Below are positions 1 through 9,798 of a stretch of 64,000 nucleotides of DNA, piece after piece. The position numbers and the translations under genes are program-made. The notes under the pieces are model-generated. The model worked only from the letters and a program-made list of their open reading frames with translations. It was not told the DNA's origin and searched no databases. Source of the DNA: Oligoflexia bacterium (GTDB lineage Bacteria > Bdellovibrionota > UBA1018 > CAIMNF01); NCBI GenBank assembly GCA_903845155.1, contig CAIMWN010000266.1, forward strand, positions 3,517 through 67,516, read 5' to 3'. Numbering within the stretch: position 1 is the first letter of the stretch; each line of letters opens with the position of its first letter.

Positions 1-98
1 ATAGCATAATCCAGTTAAAATTGAAGAAGCGATTGTGATTGCGAGGGGGTTAATATCTCATTTTAAACGATTAAAAATTGGCGCAGAGCTGAATTTTA

Positions 99-1661
99 TT
101 AAACGTTTGAGGTTCCGCTGACACGTCTTCTTTGGCGGTCGGGAAGCGCACTTTGCGGGTGAGTGAGTTTTGGACTTCGACTGGATTTGGAATTGTAGAT
201 TTGCAGGAAGGCCGGTAAGCCACGTTTTTGATCCCGCTCGTAGTCCTTTACCAGCAATAACCCCGCGTCAGTTTCAGACATGCCCAGGGAAAGCATAAAA
301 TGATAAAGCGATTCAGCTAAGGTATTGAGCGCAATACTGTGCGTTTCAGAATGCCGCTCAATCAAATATTGGTTGAGCCGCATGAATCGTTTAAAGGTGG
401 ACGTTCCAAAGGCCTCGTTAAAGTGGCTTGACTCCAAAATAAATTGAATGGTTTCAGGAAAGTTTCCGCTGTTGGCACATAAGTCCCAATATTTTGAAAA
501 CTTGGCCATGAGTTGAAGATCCTGAAAACTCAGATCGCGGTTTTTCAAGATTTGAAAGGGCTGAGTGTCTTCGTAAACCATCTCAAATTCTTGATCGTGC
601 CTTACGATAGGTGTTCCCTTGAGTCGTTTGAGGATGCCCACTTGTACTTCGTCTGGTTTCAGCGCGTAAAGTGCATCAAAACCCTTCCCAAAGCTTTCAA
701 GTGTTTCCCCCGGAAGTCCCACGATTAGATCCACATGCATGTGAACCCCCGTGTTTTGGCTTAAAAAACTGATGTTTTCAACAATAGAAGTATAGTTTTG
801 TCTCCGGCTTACATTCTTTGCCACCGCGGGATTCCAAGTTTGCACGCCGATTTCAAATTGAAGGGACCCCTTCGGGAATTGCACAATCAGTTCCCTCAGC
901 TCAAGAGGAAGTCGGTCAGGAACCATCTCAAAATGTAAAAACAAACCGAGATCAACCCGGGCAAGAAAAAACTTTAAAATATTTGTGCTGATCGAGGGAC
1001 TTAAATTAAAAGTGCGGTCGATAAATTTAAATTGGCGGGCACCACGGTCAATGAGGATTTGCATGTCAGTTAAAAATTTTTCGGTATTAAAATTTCTAAC
1101 TGACTGATCGAGTGATGAAAGGCAGTATTCGCATTTGTAAGGGCAACCTCGCGATGCTTCGACGTAGATGACTCTCGTTTGTATATCGTGGTCCGAGTAG
1201 TGTGGATAGGGAGATTCGATCATGTCAATTTTCGGGAGTTCAGCGGATAAGTATTTTTCTTGAGGAAGAATTTGTGAGGCCAAGTATTTTTTACAAAACT
1301 CATAAAACAAAAAATCGGATTCTCCCTTCAGTGTATAGTCTGAAATTTTACAAATAGTTTGAGTCTCAGATTCGAAACTCACTTCTGGCCCACCCACCAC
1401 CACAATGGTGTGAGGAGAGATTTTTTTGATGAGCCCTATGATCTCAAGTGTTTCGCTTGAATTCCAAATATACACGCCAAAACCCACAATTTTTGGGTTT
1501 AATTTTAGGAGTGTTTCAGCAATGTCTTTTGGATTTTGAGAAATGGTAAATTCCTTGATCACCGCCCGTGACTTCAAATCCCGAAGATTTGCATATAAAT
1601 AACGAAGCCCAAAAGACGCATGAGAATAGCGCGCGTTCAGAGTGCAAAGAACAATTTCCAT
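99..1661 (-). CDS. B12-binding domain radical SAM protein (DUF4080-type C-terminus)
   Basis: N-terminal cobalamin-binding-like domain (GFGVYIWN...VVGGPEVS); radical SAM motif SRGCPYKCEYC; FEIGVQT and HVDLIVGLPGE. Confidence 0.85.
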   Translation of the reverse strand: MEIVLCTLNARYSHASFGLRYLYANLRDLKSRAVIKEFTISQNPKDIAETLLKLNPKIVGFGVYIWNSSETLEIIGLIKKISPHTIVVVGGPEVSFESETQTICKISDYTLKGESDFLFYEFCKKYLASQILPQEKYLSAELPKIDMIESPYPHYSDHDIQTRVIYVEASRGCPYKCEYCLSSLDQSVRNFNTEKFLTDMQILIDRGARQFKFIDRTFNLSPSISTNILKFFLARVDLGLFLHFEMVPDRLPLELRELIVQFPKGSLQFEIGVQTWNPAVAKNVSRRQNYTSIVENISFLSQNTGVHMHVDLIVGLPGETLESFGKGFDALYALKPDEVQVGILKRLKGTPIVRHDQEFEMVYEDTQPFQILKNRDLSFQDLQLMAKFSKYWDLCANSGNFPETIQFILESSHFNEAFGTSTFKRFMRLNQYLIERHSETHSIALNTLAESLYHFMLSLGMSETDAGLLLVKDYERDQKRGLPAFLQIYNSKSSRSPKLTHPQSALPDRQRRRVSGTSNV

Positions 1662-1663
1662 TT

Positions 1664-2017
1664 TTATTCCTCTGAAAAAACGTCGCTTTTAAGTCGATGG
1701 ATGAGTTCTTCGAAAACCTGTGGTGGAAGCAATCCCGGCTGTTCAAAAACAAGTTCACCATTTTTAAAAGCCATCACCGTAGGAATAGATCTTACTTGAA
1801 AAGCTTGGGCCAATTCAGTTGCTTGTTCCGTGTTTACTTTTCCGAAAAATACATCGGGATGAAGTTCGGCCATCGTTTCAAATAAGGGTGAAAATATTTT
1901 ACAGGGTTGGCACCATTCGGCCCAAAAATCCAGAATAACGAGGGGGTGGAGATCTACGATGGATTCAAAAGTTTCCATGGTCACCTCGTGAGTCTGAGAT
2001 TCGTCTTCGTTTTTCAT
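1664..2017 (-). CDS. Thioredoxin
   Basis: LDFWAEWCQPCK active site and cis-Pro motif VRSIPT. Confidence 0.9.
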   Translation of the reverse strand: MKNEDESQTHEVTMETFESIVDLHPLVILDFWAEWCQPCKIFSPLFETMAELHPDVFFGKVNTEQATELAQAFQVRSIPTVMAFKNGELVFEQPGLLPPQVFEELIHRLKSDVFSEE

Positions 2018-2041
2018 AAGCTACCTATTTCTATTTCGTTC

Positions 2042-3013
2042 TTACTGACTGAAAAGCATTTGAAGCGTGGTCTGTCCAACGACCTTTAGAATATCGCGTG
2101 AAATGAATTCAGCGGTATCTTGATGCGTGTGCCACTCAGGAGGGAACATGCCGTTTTCCGTCATATAAATCAAGTCAATCATAGGAATTCCTGTATTAAC
2201 GGTCACGTAGTAATGGTCGTCAATGATGGGGCCGATTTGATAGGAAGGAAAAAAATCTTCATCTTTCAGTGCCGCTGCCGCCCGATGGAGTTTGTCATAC
2301 ACGAAAGCGGCATTTCGCATCGAGTAGCCTTCAATCGGAAAAACAGATCCTATTCTTCCCACCATGTCATAATTAATGCCGTATTCAGCATGGTATTTTG
2401 CTGGGATAGGGTTTTTAGCCCAATATTCTGAACCAAGGCAATATCCCTTACCGTCTCTTGCATTTCCCCAGTCCTCAGCATCCCAAAAAGCGAGGTCGAT
2501 TCCGAAATCGGATTTCACATTTTGCATGGCCTTGGCAATGGTGAGTAGAACCGCGACGCCACTTCCGCCATCATTCGTTCCCAGAATTGGTTTTGTTTTG
2601 TCCTTTTTGTCTTCATCAGCAAAGGGCCGGTTGTCCCAGTGTGCTGACAAGAGGTAGCGAGTTTTTGCAGTTGGATTGATTTGAGCGATGATATTCCGAA
2701 CGGGAATGGTTTTGCCGTCGTAAGTTTTTGCAGTGGTCGTTTGTTCCAGTACGCTAGTGTCCCATCTTTTCAGTTCGCTGATGATCCAGTTACCTGCTTT
2801 TTGATGTGCGCTCGTGCCCGGAACCTTTGGACCAAAAGCTTCGTAACTGTGAATGACCTCAAAAGAATAATTCTCGTCAAAAGTGGGCACTTTTGAGACT
2901 TCTTGCTTAGATTCAAGTGGTTGAGCATTTTTTAAATTCGCGTTGGGGCCGCTACAGGAAAAGTCGCAACCACTGAGAAGTAAGATGAGGAGTGTGGATA
3001 AAGTAGATTTCAT
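2042..3013 (-). CDS. M28-family zinc peptidase / animal-type glutaminyl cyclase-like lipoprotein
   Basis: Start moved to ATG 3013 (ATGA overlap with upstream gene, lipobox LLSGC); motifs FGPKVPGT, SAHWDNRP, GTNDGGSGVAVLL, DAED, DMVG, DDH, WHT. Confidence 0.8.
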   Translation of the reverse strand: MKSTLSTLLILLLSGCDFSCSGPNANLKNAQPLESKQEVSKVPTFDENYSFEVIHSYEAFGPKVPGTSAHQKAGNWIISELKRWDTSVLEQTTTAKTYDGKTIPVRNIIAQINPTAKTRYLLSAHWDNRPFADEDKKDKTKPILGTNDGGSGVAVLLTIAKAMQNVKSDFGIDLAFWDAEDWGNARDGKGYCLGSEYWAKNPIPAKYHAEYGINYDMVGRIGSVFPIEGYSMRNAAFVYDKLHRAAAALKDEDFFPSYQIGPIIDDHYYVTVNTGIPMIDLIYMTENGMFPPEWHTHQDTAEFISRDILKVVGQTTLQMLFSQ

Positions 3014-3483
3014 ATGCCCGCCGGTTTGTAGTAGCCAATGACCCACGAAAATACCCACATGGGCCCAATGAAGAGATGCTCAATGGTGGTCAAGAATGCT
3101 GGAGATTTTTTTTCGTATTGATAATGGCCAAAGAGTTGAAAAGTCCATCCAATCACTTGAATTGCGGTAAGGATACTTAAGGAGAGGTGGCGAGAAAGTA
3201 AGTAATTGAAATAGAGACAAAGAACGAAGGGAATTCCCAGTTTGAAGTCAATTTTCAAAGCAAAAATGGATCCGGCTAAAAAGAGAATGAGCCCGAGGTC
3301 GATTCTAAATAGGGACTCAGGTGACGGTGCCCATAAAAAGACATGACTGAGTAGTCCCAAAAGACTGAACACGACGAGGGGGACGCCCACCAAATGTGTT
3401 TTTTTATTACCATTGGTTTGGTGATATTGTTCGTAGTCCTTGAAATAAATCATCAATGCGGACGAAGGCAGAGTGGTCATCAT
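3010..3483 (-). CDS. DUF962/Mpo1-like membrane protein
   Basis: Y..YHQ...N...HLVGVP and GW.FQLFGH..YEKKSPAF motifs; hydrophobic helices. Confidence 0.85.
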   Translation of the reverse strand: MMTTLPSSALMIYFKDYEQYHQTNGNKKTHLVGVPLVVFSLLGLLSHVFLWAPSPESLFRIDLGLILFLAGSIFALKIDFKLGIPFVLCLYFNYLLSRHLSLSILTAIQVIGWTFQLFGHYQYEKKSPAFLTTIEHLFIGPMWVFSWVIGYYKPAGI

Positions 3484-3604
3484 TGATTGATTGTAACGAA
3501 GGAATGAACCCTGGGCAAGCGAGGCTTATTTGGCTTGTAACGCGCCGCCGCTTTCAAACCTTTTCTTGCTTAAAACACCGTACATCCAGTAAGTTATTTG
3601 GATC

Positions 3605-6295
3605 ATGAAGGCAGCTCAAATTAGATCCAGTTTTTTAGAATATTTTAAGAAAAATGCACATACTGTTGTCGAGAGTTCCTCACTGGTTCCCTCCAACGAC
3701 CCCACGTTGATGTTTACCACTGCGGGTATGGTTCAGTTTAAAGACGTGTTCTTAGGTAAGGATCCTCGTCCTTACACTCGGGCTACCACCTCGCAAAAAT
3801 GTGTTCGCGCAGGTGGTAAGCATAACGACCTGGAAAATGTGGGATTTACCGCCCGCCACCATACTTTTTTTGAAATGCTCGGGAATTTCTCTTTTGGAGA
3901 TTATTTTAAGAAAGATGCCATTCACTTTGCCTGGGAATTCATTACTCAAGAATTGAAGATGCCCAAAGATAAGCTTTATGTCACCGTCTTCGAAACAGAC
4001 GATGAAGCAGCAGATATTTGGCACAAACAAGAAGGTGTTGCGCTGGACCGCATTTATCGTCTCGGTAAAAAGGATAATTTTTGGTCAATGGGCGACACTG
4101 GTCCCTGCGGCCCCTGCACTGAAATTTATTTTGATCGCGGTGAAGCATACGGAAGCGGAGATTTTTTAACCAACGTCAATGCAGGCACTGATCGATACAT
4201 GGAGTTCTGGAACTTGGTGTTCATGCAGTATGATCGAGATTCAAGTGGAAAACTAAACCCACTGCCAAAACCATCGGTCGACACGGGTGCCGGTCTTGAG
4301 CGTATTTCATCCATTCTTCAAAATGTTCCGACCAACTACGATATTGATCTTTTTACCACCATTATTGATAAAACTGCGCAATTAGCGAATAAAGTTTATG
4401 CGCCAAAGTTAGATCCGAAATTAAATGATGAATCGGTGTTTTCGTTTCGTGTGGTTGCCGATCACTCACGCGCTACTACCTTTTTAATTGGGGATGGCGT
4501 CATGCCTTCCAATGAAGGTCGCGGATACGTACTCAGACGAATCATGAGAAGAGCGATTCGTCACGGGCGCAAGCTCGGATTCGATGGACCCTTTCTTCAT
4601 AAGACTTGTGGCTTTGTGATCGAGCAAATGAAAGATGCTTATCCTGATCTCGTCGAGAAAAAGGCATTCATCGAACGAGCGGTCTTAGCTGAAGAAGAAC
4701 AGTTTTTCAAAACACTCGATCGCGGTTTGGGACTGCTGGATGAAGAGCTCGCCAAGCTCAGCAAAAGCCCTGGCAAAAAAGTATTAAACGGTACCATTGC
4801 GTTTACACTCTACGATACTTTTGGATTCCCACTCGACCTCACGCGCACGATCTGTGATGAACGTGGAATTGAGCTCGATGAAAAAGGCTTTGAAGTGTCG
4901 ATGGAAAAACAACGTGAAGAATCGCGTAAGCACTGGAAGGGAACGGGCGACCAAGTTCTCGATGGTCAATGGTTTCAGCTCGTGGATCAATTTAAGAAAG
5001 CAGGAAAACTGCCTGAATTCGTGGGTTATGAGCATAGCGAAGCCAAGGGTGAGGCCCTCGCTGTCATTCCTTCACAAAGTGAACAAGGCGAAGTTACGCT
5101 TGCGATTTTCTCAAAAACGCCATTTTACGGTGAATCCGGCGGACAAACGGGTGACCAGGGTTGGGTGCGGTCCGTGAATGGTGATTTTGAGGCAGAAGTG
5201 CTCGACGCTCAAAGGCCAGTTCCTGAACTCATTGTGGCTCATCTCAAAGTTAAAAAGGGAGTACTCAAAGTTGGCGATCAAGTGGTTCAGCGCGTGAGTG
5301 ATGAAATCCGTTCTCTGACGGCGAGAAATCACACCGCAACCCATTTGCTACATTGGGCGCTCCGTGAAGTGCTGGGTAAACACGTGAAGCAGGCCGGCTC
5401 ACTCGTAACGCCTGCTCTTTTACGCTTTGATTTTTCGCATTTTCAAGCCATGACTCAAGATGAGCTCACTCAAATTGAAAACATGATTAATGAGAAAATT
5501 TGGAAAAATGACCAAGTCAAGAAACAAGTCATGAGTAAAGATGAAGCTATCCAGGCCGGAGCAATTGCATTCTTCGGTGAAAAGTATGGTAACGAGGTTA
5601 GGGTTATTCAAGTGGGTGAATATTCGACTGAGCTCTGCGGTGGCACTCACGTCGATCAAAGTTCTGACCTTCACTTATTCAAGATTTCATCTGAAAGTGG
5701 AATCGCGGCCGGCGTGAGAAGAATCATTGCCTATACATCAAAGGGTGCATTTGAATATTTGCGCAAACAAGATGAAAAATTAAAAGGCATTCGTGATCAG
5801 CTCAAGGCCTCCACAGTCGATGAGATCTCAAATAAAATTGACCGTTTGTTTTCGGACGAACGTGAGCTGAAGAAACAAGTCGAAAAACTGCAATCAGCGG
5901 AGCAAGGTATTGAGATTGAAACGCTTCTTTCAAAAGTGGAAACACTGCAAACCGCAAATGGCGCTGTAAAAGTAATTTCTGGATTGGCCGCAGATTCAGT
6001 AGATGGAATGAAGAAACTGCGCGAGATGGCGGACAAGCTCAAACAAAGGGAGCCTTCGTCGATCGTCATTTTGGGAATTAAAGAACCTGAGACTCAAAAG
6101 CCATTTTTAATTGTAGCAGTTGGCCCGCAAGTAAAGGGGATTTCGGCGGGTGATGTGATTAAAGCAAGCGCGGATAAATTCGGTGGCAAGGGTGGTGGTA
6201 AACCTGACTTCGCCCAGGCGGGTGGAACGAATGCTGCAGGACTTCAAGATGCAGTGGTAACCGCAAAAACTTTTGTGGTTGAACGTTTGAAATAA
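3605..6295 (+). CDS. alaS: Alanine--tRNA ligase
   Basis: DPTLMFTTAGMVQFK, RHHTFFEMLGNFSFGDYFK, editing domain NHTATHLL and ELCGGTH, C-terminal GGKGGGKPDFAQAGG. Confidence 0.99.
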   Translation: MKAAQIRSSFLEYFKKNAHTVVESSSLVPSNDPTLMFTTAGMVQFKDVFLGKDPRPYTRATTSQKCVRAGGKHNDLENVGFTARHHTFFEMLGNFSFGDYFKKDAIHFAWEFITQELKMPKDKLYVTVFETDDEAADIWHKQEGVALDRIYRLGKKDNFWSMGDTGPCGPCTEIYFDRGEAYGSGDFLTNVNAGTDRYMEFWNLVFMQYDRDSSGKLNPLPKPSVDTGAGLERISSILQNVPTNYDIDLFTTIIDKTAQLANKVYAPKLDPKLNDESVFSFRVVADHSRATTFLIGDGVMPSNEGRGYVLRRIMRRAIRHGRKLGFDGPFLHKTCGFVIEQMKDAYPDLVEKKAFIERAVLAEEEQFFKTLDRGLGLLDEELAKLSKSPGKKVLNGTIAFTLYDTFGFPLDLTRTICDERGIELDEKGFEVSMEKQREESRKHWKGTGDQVLDGQWFQLVDQFKKAGKLPEFVGYEHSEAKGEALAVIPSQSEQGEVTLAIFSKTPFYGESGGQTGDQGWVRSVNGDFEAEVLDAQRPVPELIVAHLKVKKGVLKVGDQVVQRVSDEIRSLTARNHTATHLLHWALREVLGKHVKQAGSLVTPALLRFDFSHFQAMTQDELTQIENMINEKIWKNDQVKKQVMSKDEAIQAGAIAFFGEKYGNEVRVIQVGEYSTELCGGTHVDQSSDLHLFKISSESGIAAGVRRIIAYTSKGAFEYLRKQDEKLKGIRDQLKASTVDEISNKIDRLFSDERELKKQVEKLQSAEQGIEIETLLSKVETLQTANGAVKVISGLAADSVDGMKKLREMADKLKQREPSSIVILGIKEPETQKPFLIVAVGPQVKGISAGDVIKASADKFGGKGGGKPDFAQAGGTNAAGLQDAVVTAKTFVVERLK

Positions 6296-6308
6296 GGAAA
6301 GGAAAATC

Positions 6309-8096
6309 ATGAAGCCAATTAGACTTCGTATTCTCGTAATAGCCGGCCTTGCAATTTCTATTGCGGCTTTCAGTGGATGTACCAATAAAAACGGAAATAA
6401 TGCCAATGTGCTCCGCGTGGGCTTGAAAGATGATGTTAAAACTCTCGATCCTGCTAATGCTTATGATTCGGTAGCGGCGGAAGTTCTCCCTAATATTTAC
6501 GATACTTTTCTTCAGTATAAGTATTTAGAAGATCAAATGACTCTAGAGCCTTTACTTGCAGATGGAATGCCCGAGTATTCAAAAGATGGTCTCACTGTAA
6601 CGGTAAAACTGAAAAAAGGTGTCCTGTTCCAAGATGATCCATGTTTCAAAGCGAACGGCGGCAAGGGCCGTGAATTAAAAGCTCAGGATTTTATCTTCGC
6701 TTTCAAGCGTCTAGCGATTCCAAGCATTCAGTCACAAGGCGCATGGGTGTTTGAAGGAAAGTTAGTGGGCTTTAATGAGTTCGAAAAATCTTTGGCGCAA
6801 GCCAAGGGCGATGAGTATCAAAAACTATTTGATGCGGGAATTTCAGGTGTAGTGGCTAAAGATGACTATACAATTGAGCTTAAGCTGACTCAGCCGTACC
6901 CGATTTTGAATTATATTTTGGCGATGTCGTTTACCTCGCCCATTCCAAAAGAATCGGTGGACATGTACGCAGACAAAGATGGGAACCTTCGTGACCACCC
7001 CGTTGGAACTGGCCCCTATACTTTGAAGAGTTGGGAAACCAATCAAAAAATTATTCTCGTAAAAAACCCTAACTTTAAGGGAACCTATCCTTCAGTGTCT
7101 GGTTCTGAAGCGTTGAAAGGTGCTGGCTTTCTTACCGATGCAGGAAAAGCGCTTCCCTTTATTGAAACGCTGCAATTTGAAGTGATCAAAGAAGATCAAC
7201 CCCGGATTCTTAAATTTGAAAAAGGCGATCTCGATACTTTTGAACTCAGTAAAGATAGCTTTCGTGCATCCATGGCCGATGCAACCCATTTGAATGATGA
7301 TCTGGTTAAAAAAGACGTGGTAGCCGAACACGAGAACTCATTGGTGACTACCTGGGTTGGGTTTAATATGAAGGACAAAATTCTTCAAAATAAATATCTT
7401 CGCCAGGCCCTTTCGTCCGCCATTGATCGTGAAAAATGGATTGATACATTCGAAAAATACATGGGCGAAAAACAAACAGAAATGTGCCCTACGGGACTTG
7501 CAGATCGTGTGGAGAGCAAAGCCATTAAATATGATCTGAATTTAGCGCGAGCAAAAGAGTTAATGGTCAAGGCCGGCTATCCAGAAGGAAAGGGACTCCC
7601 GACCCTCAATATGGATTTCCGAGGAGTGGAAACTCGTTATCGTCAAATGGGTGAATTTTTTGTTCAGCAATTTGGTGCAATCGGCGTGAAAGTAAATGTA
7701 ATCCTCAATACCTTCCCCTCTTATTTAGAAAAAGCGAAGCAGGGTAATTTACAAGTCTCCTATGGTAGTTGGGTGTTTGATTACCCCGATATCGAAAATG
7801 GATACCAATTGCTTTATGGTCCTAACAAATCGCCAGGCCCCAACGATTCAAACTGGGAAAACTCCCAATATGATGCTCTTTATAAAAAACTAGCGATCAT
7901 TCCTGCAGGTTCAAAAGACCGGCAGCAGTTGGCGAAGCAGATGGAAGATATTATTCAAGAAGAGGCTCCTTGGGCCTATGGTTACTTCAAGAAGACTTAC
8001 CGTCTAAGGCAGGGGAAAGTTAAAAACTTCCGTGTAGTAGAGTCAATTGCCAATAAGTACAAGTATATGCGTTTGGAGCAAGTTACAAAAAAATAG
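6309..8096 (+). CDS. OppA/DppA-family ABC substrate-binding lipoprotein
   Basis: Lipobox FSGC; TLDPA, PVGTGPY, LRQALSSAIDR motifs of solute-binding family 5. Confidence 0.9.
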   Translation: MKPIRLRILVIAGLAISIAAFSGCTNKNGNNANVLRVGLKDDVKTLDPANAYDSVAAEVLPNIYDTFLQYKYLEDQMTLEPLLADGMPEYSKDGLTVTVKLKKGVLFQDDPCFKANGGKGRELKAQDFIFAFKRLAIPSIQSQGAWVFEGKLVGFNEFEKSLAQAKGDEYQKLFDAGISGVVAKDDYTIELKLTQPYPILNYILAMSFTSPIPKESVDMYADKDGNLRDHPVGTGPYTLKSWETNQKIILVKNPNFKGTYPSVSGSEALKGAGFLTDAGKALPFIETLQFEVIKEDQPRILKFEKGDLDTFELSKDSFRASMADATHLNDDLVKKDVVAEHENSLVTTWVGFNMKDKILQNKYLRQALSSAIDREKWIDTFEKYMGEKQTEMCPTGLADRVESKAIKYDLNLARAKELMVKAGYPEGKGLPTLNMDFRGVETRYRQMGEFFVQQFGAIGVKVNVILNTFPSYLEKAKQGNLQVSYGSWVFDYPDIENGYQLLYGPNKSPGPNDSNWENSQYDALYKKLAIIPAGSKDRQQLAKQMEDIIQEEAPWAYGYFKKTYRLRQGKVKNFRVVESIANKYKYMRLEQVTKK

Positions 8097-8109
8097 TCAA
8101 TCTTCTGAC

Positions 8110-8137
8110 TAAAGTTTAGACGTTCAATAGCCGAAAG
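8110..8137 (+). promoter_or_regulatory. Putative sigma28 (FliA/SigD)-type promoter
   Basis: TAAAGTTT-N12-GCCGAAAG versus consensus TAAA(GTTT)-N-GCCGATAA; directly upstream of ATG 8146. Confidence 0.55.
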
Positions 8138-8145
8138 GAATACTA

Positions 8146-8406
8146 ATGAGTATTCGTTTTTGGCTGCTATTTAGTTTATGCAGTTATGTTATGCCTGCGA
8201 GTGCATCGACTCGGAACCCAAATGGTTCTGAGCGTTCACTTTTGTATTGGCGTTACTTATGCGAAAATCTGCCACAGACGGAAAATGTGCAAGGTAATAC
8301 GCGTGAGTTTTCATGCCCCTCCCTCAATTGGAAGGTGCGCACTCAATATAATTCACAATTAAAGGAAGAATCGGTTCGGGAGGTCACTGAAAATGACAGC
8401 CATTAA
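8146..8406 (+). CDS. Small secreted hypothetical protein A (RNPxxSExxLLYWRY motif)
   Basis: AAGGA upstream; signal peptide ending ASA; motif shared with ORF 9340-9798 supports coding status. Confidence 0.7.
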   Translation: MSIRFWLLFSLCSYVMPASASTRNPNGSERSLLYWRYLCENLPQTENVQGNTREFSCPSLNWKVRTQYNSQLKEESVREVTENDSH

Positions 8407-9343
8407 ACTTGTTGTTCTTCTCTCCCTCGTGACTTCGTGTAGTCCGGTTCTTTCAAAGAGAACGGATGAGCAAGCGTGGAACGATTATCAACGAGACTTA
8501 AAGCTCCGCCGCGAGCCTGCATCCAGCTCCGCCGACAGTAAAAAAACGCCTACCATTAAGTCTTCAGATTCTCTCTTACAGTTAAAGTCGCTTCTCGCTG
8601 TTGCACCAGTGAGAAAAATTCTCTTGTCATGTTTAGGCTCTGAGCAAATGCCGGCATGTTACCAGGCTAAGTTGACTTTGCAATTTGACGAAGCCTATAG
8701 AAAAACAGCCCTACCCAATGATGCTACTTACAAAACCGAACAAAAAAACTTTTTTCAGGAACGATCCTTTGAAAATGTATCCAATGAAGTACGCGAATTT
8801 CATCAACTGTTGTTGTCTGGAATGGATTTAAGAGCAGCGGATCACATCCGTGAACTTTACGCAGATTGCGAGTATTCATCTAAAGATCAAACTGTAAATC
8901 TGGAATTTAAACCATTCTTGGCCAGTAATAGTTATATTCCAAAAAATGATTATGCTTGTATCAATTCAAACTGGGATCAAAACGAAAGTAAGTTGCTGAG
9001 TGAAACCACCAGTCGTCTAGGGCTCATTATTGAAACAGTGGAAGCACAAAATTGGATCATGCAAATGAATATTTTTCCTGTGTATGTTCAAGAGCTGAAC
9101 GCCTTGCTTGCGAAAAAATCCAATGATGAACAGAATTCGTGGAACAACAACAGTAGCGAGATTAGAGAAAAAATAAAACCTTCGAATGAGTTATTGAAGC
9201 GTGGCCCCGGTGAATGTGTTGCCCAGACGCTGAAAAAATGGACACCTATACTGCGCATGGGGTACGCACACTTTCCTGTGGAAATTCCCTTAACTGAGCT
9301 TGCAAATACTTGGTGCAGCCCTACTCATTTGAGTAAAAAATGA
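8393..9343 (+). CDS. Hypothetical lipoprotein B (six-Cys domain, paralog of the C-terminus of 9785-12208)
   Basis: GGAGG RBS, lipobox VTSC; six collinear cysteines with the downstream protein. Confidence 0.8.
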   Translation: MTAIKLVVLLSLVTSCSPVLSKRTDEQAWNDYQRDLKLRREPASSSADSKKTPTIKSSDSLLQLKSLLAVAPVRKILLSCLGSEQMPACYQAKLTLQFDEAYRKTALPNDATYKTEQKNFFQERSFENVSNEVREFHQLLLSGMDLRAADHIRELYADCEYSSKDQTVNLEFKPFLASNSYIPKNDYACINSNWDQNESKLLSETTSRLGLIIETVEAQNWIMQMNIFPVYVQELNALLAKKSNDEQNSWNNNSSEIREKIKPSNELLKRGPGECVAQTLKKWTPILRMGYAHFPVEIPLTELANTWCSPTHLSKK

Positions 9344-9798
9344 AATACCTTTTTACACCCTTGCTGCTGATCGCGCTCAACTCCTGTACCAAGAATGCCG
9401 TGACAGCGGTCAGTGTTTCTGATGAAACCCATCTTAAACAAACAAAAATTCAGTTGGTGGGGGATCTAAAGCAAAAGGGCGTTTTTGATTCAATGCAGGC
9501 ATCATCCATTAACAGTCTTTACGAAGTGGTGACAAGCAAACAGGGTGAAAAATATTTTATTAAAGGTGGATTAGTAGTCAGTAGCAGCCGTAATCCCAAG
9601 GAGAGTGAAAGCACGCTTCTTTATTGGCGATACCGGTTTCAAGGTAAGGGGTACCGAGAAATAGATGTTCAGAGCGACAAGCCCGACCCTCACGTGCATT
9701 TACTGAAGCAAGTATTCTGTGATGCTTTGGGCATGGGGGTAATTTTCAATCCGGAAACAGAAAGAGTAACGAGGGTGTTTTATTATGAAACACCATAA
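9340..9798 (+). CDS. Hypothetical lipoprotein A' (RNPxxSExxLLYWRY motif)
   Basis: ATGA overlap with upstream gene, lipobox LNSC. Confidence 0.8.
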   Translation: MKYLFTPLLLIALNSCTKNAVTAVSVSDETHLKQTKIQLVGDLKQKGVFDSMQASSINSLYEVVTSKQGEKYFIKGGLVVSSSRNPKESESTLLYWRYRFQGKGYREIDVQSDKPDPHVHLLKQVFCDALGMGVIFNPETERVTRVFYYETP

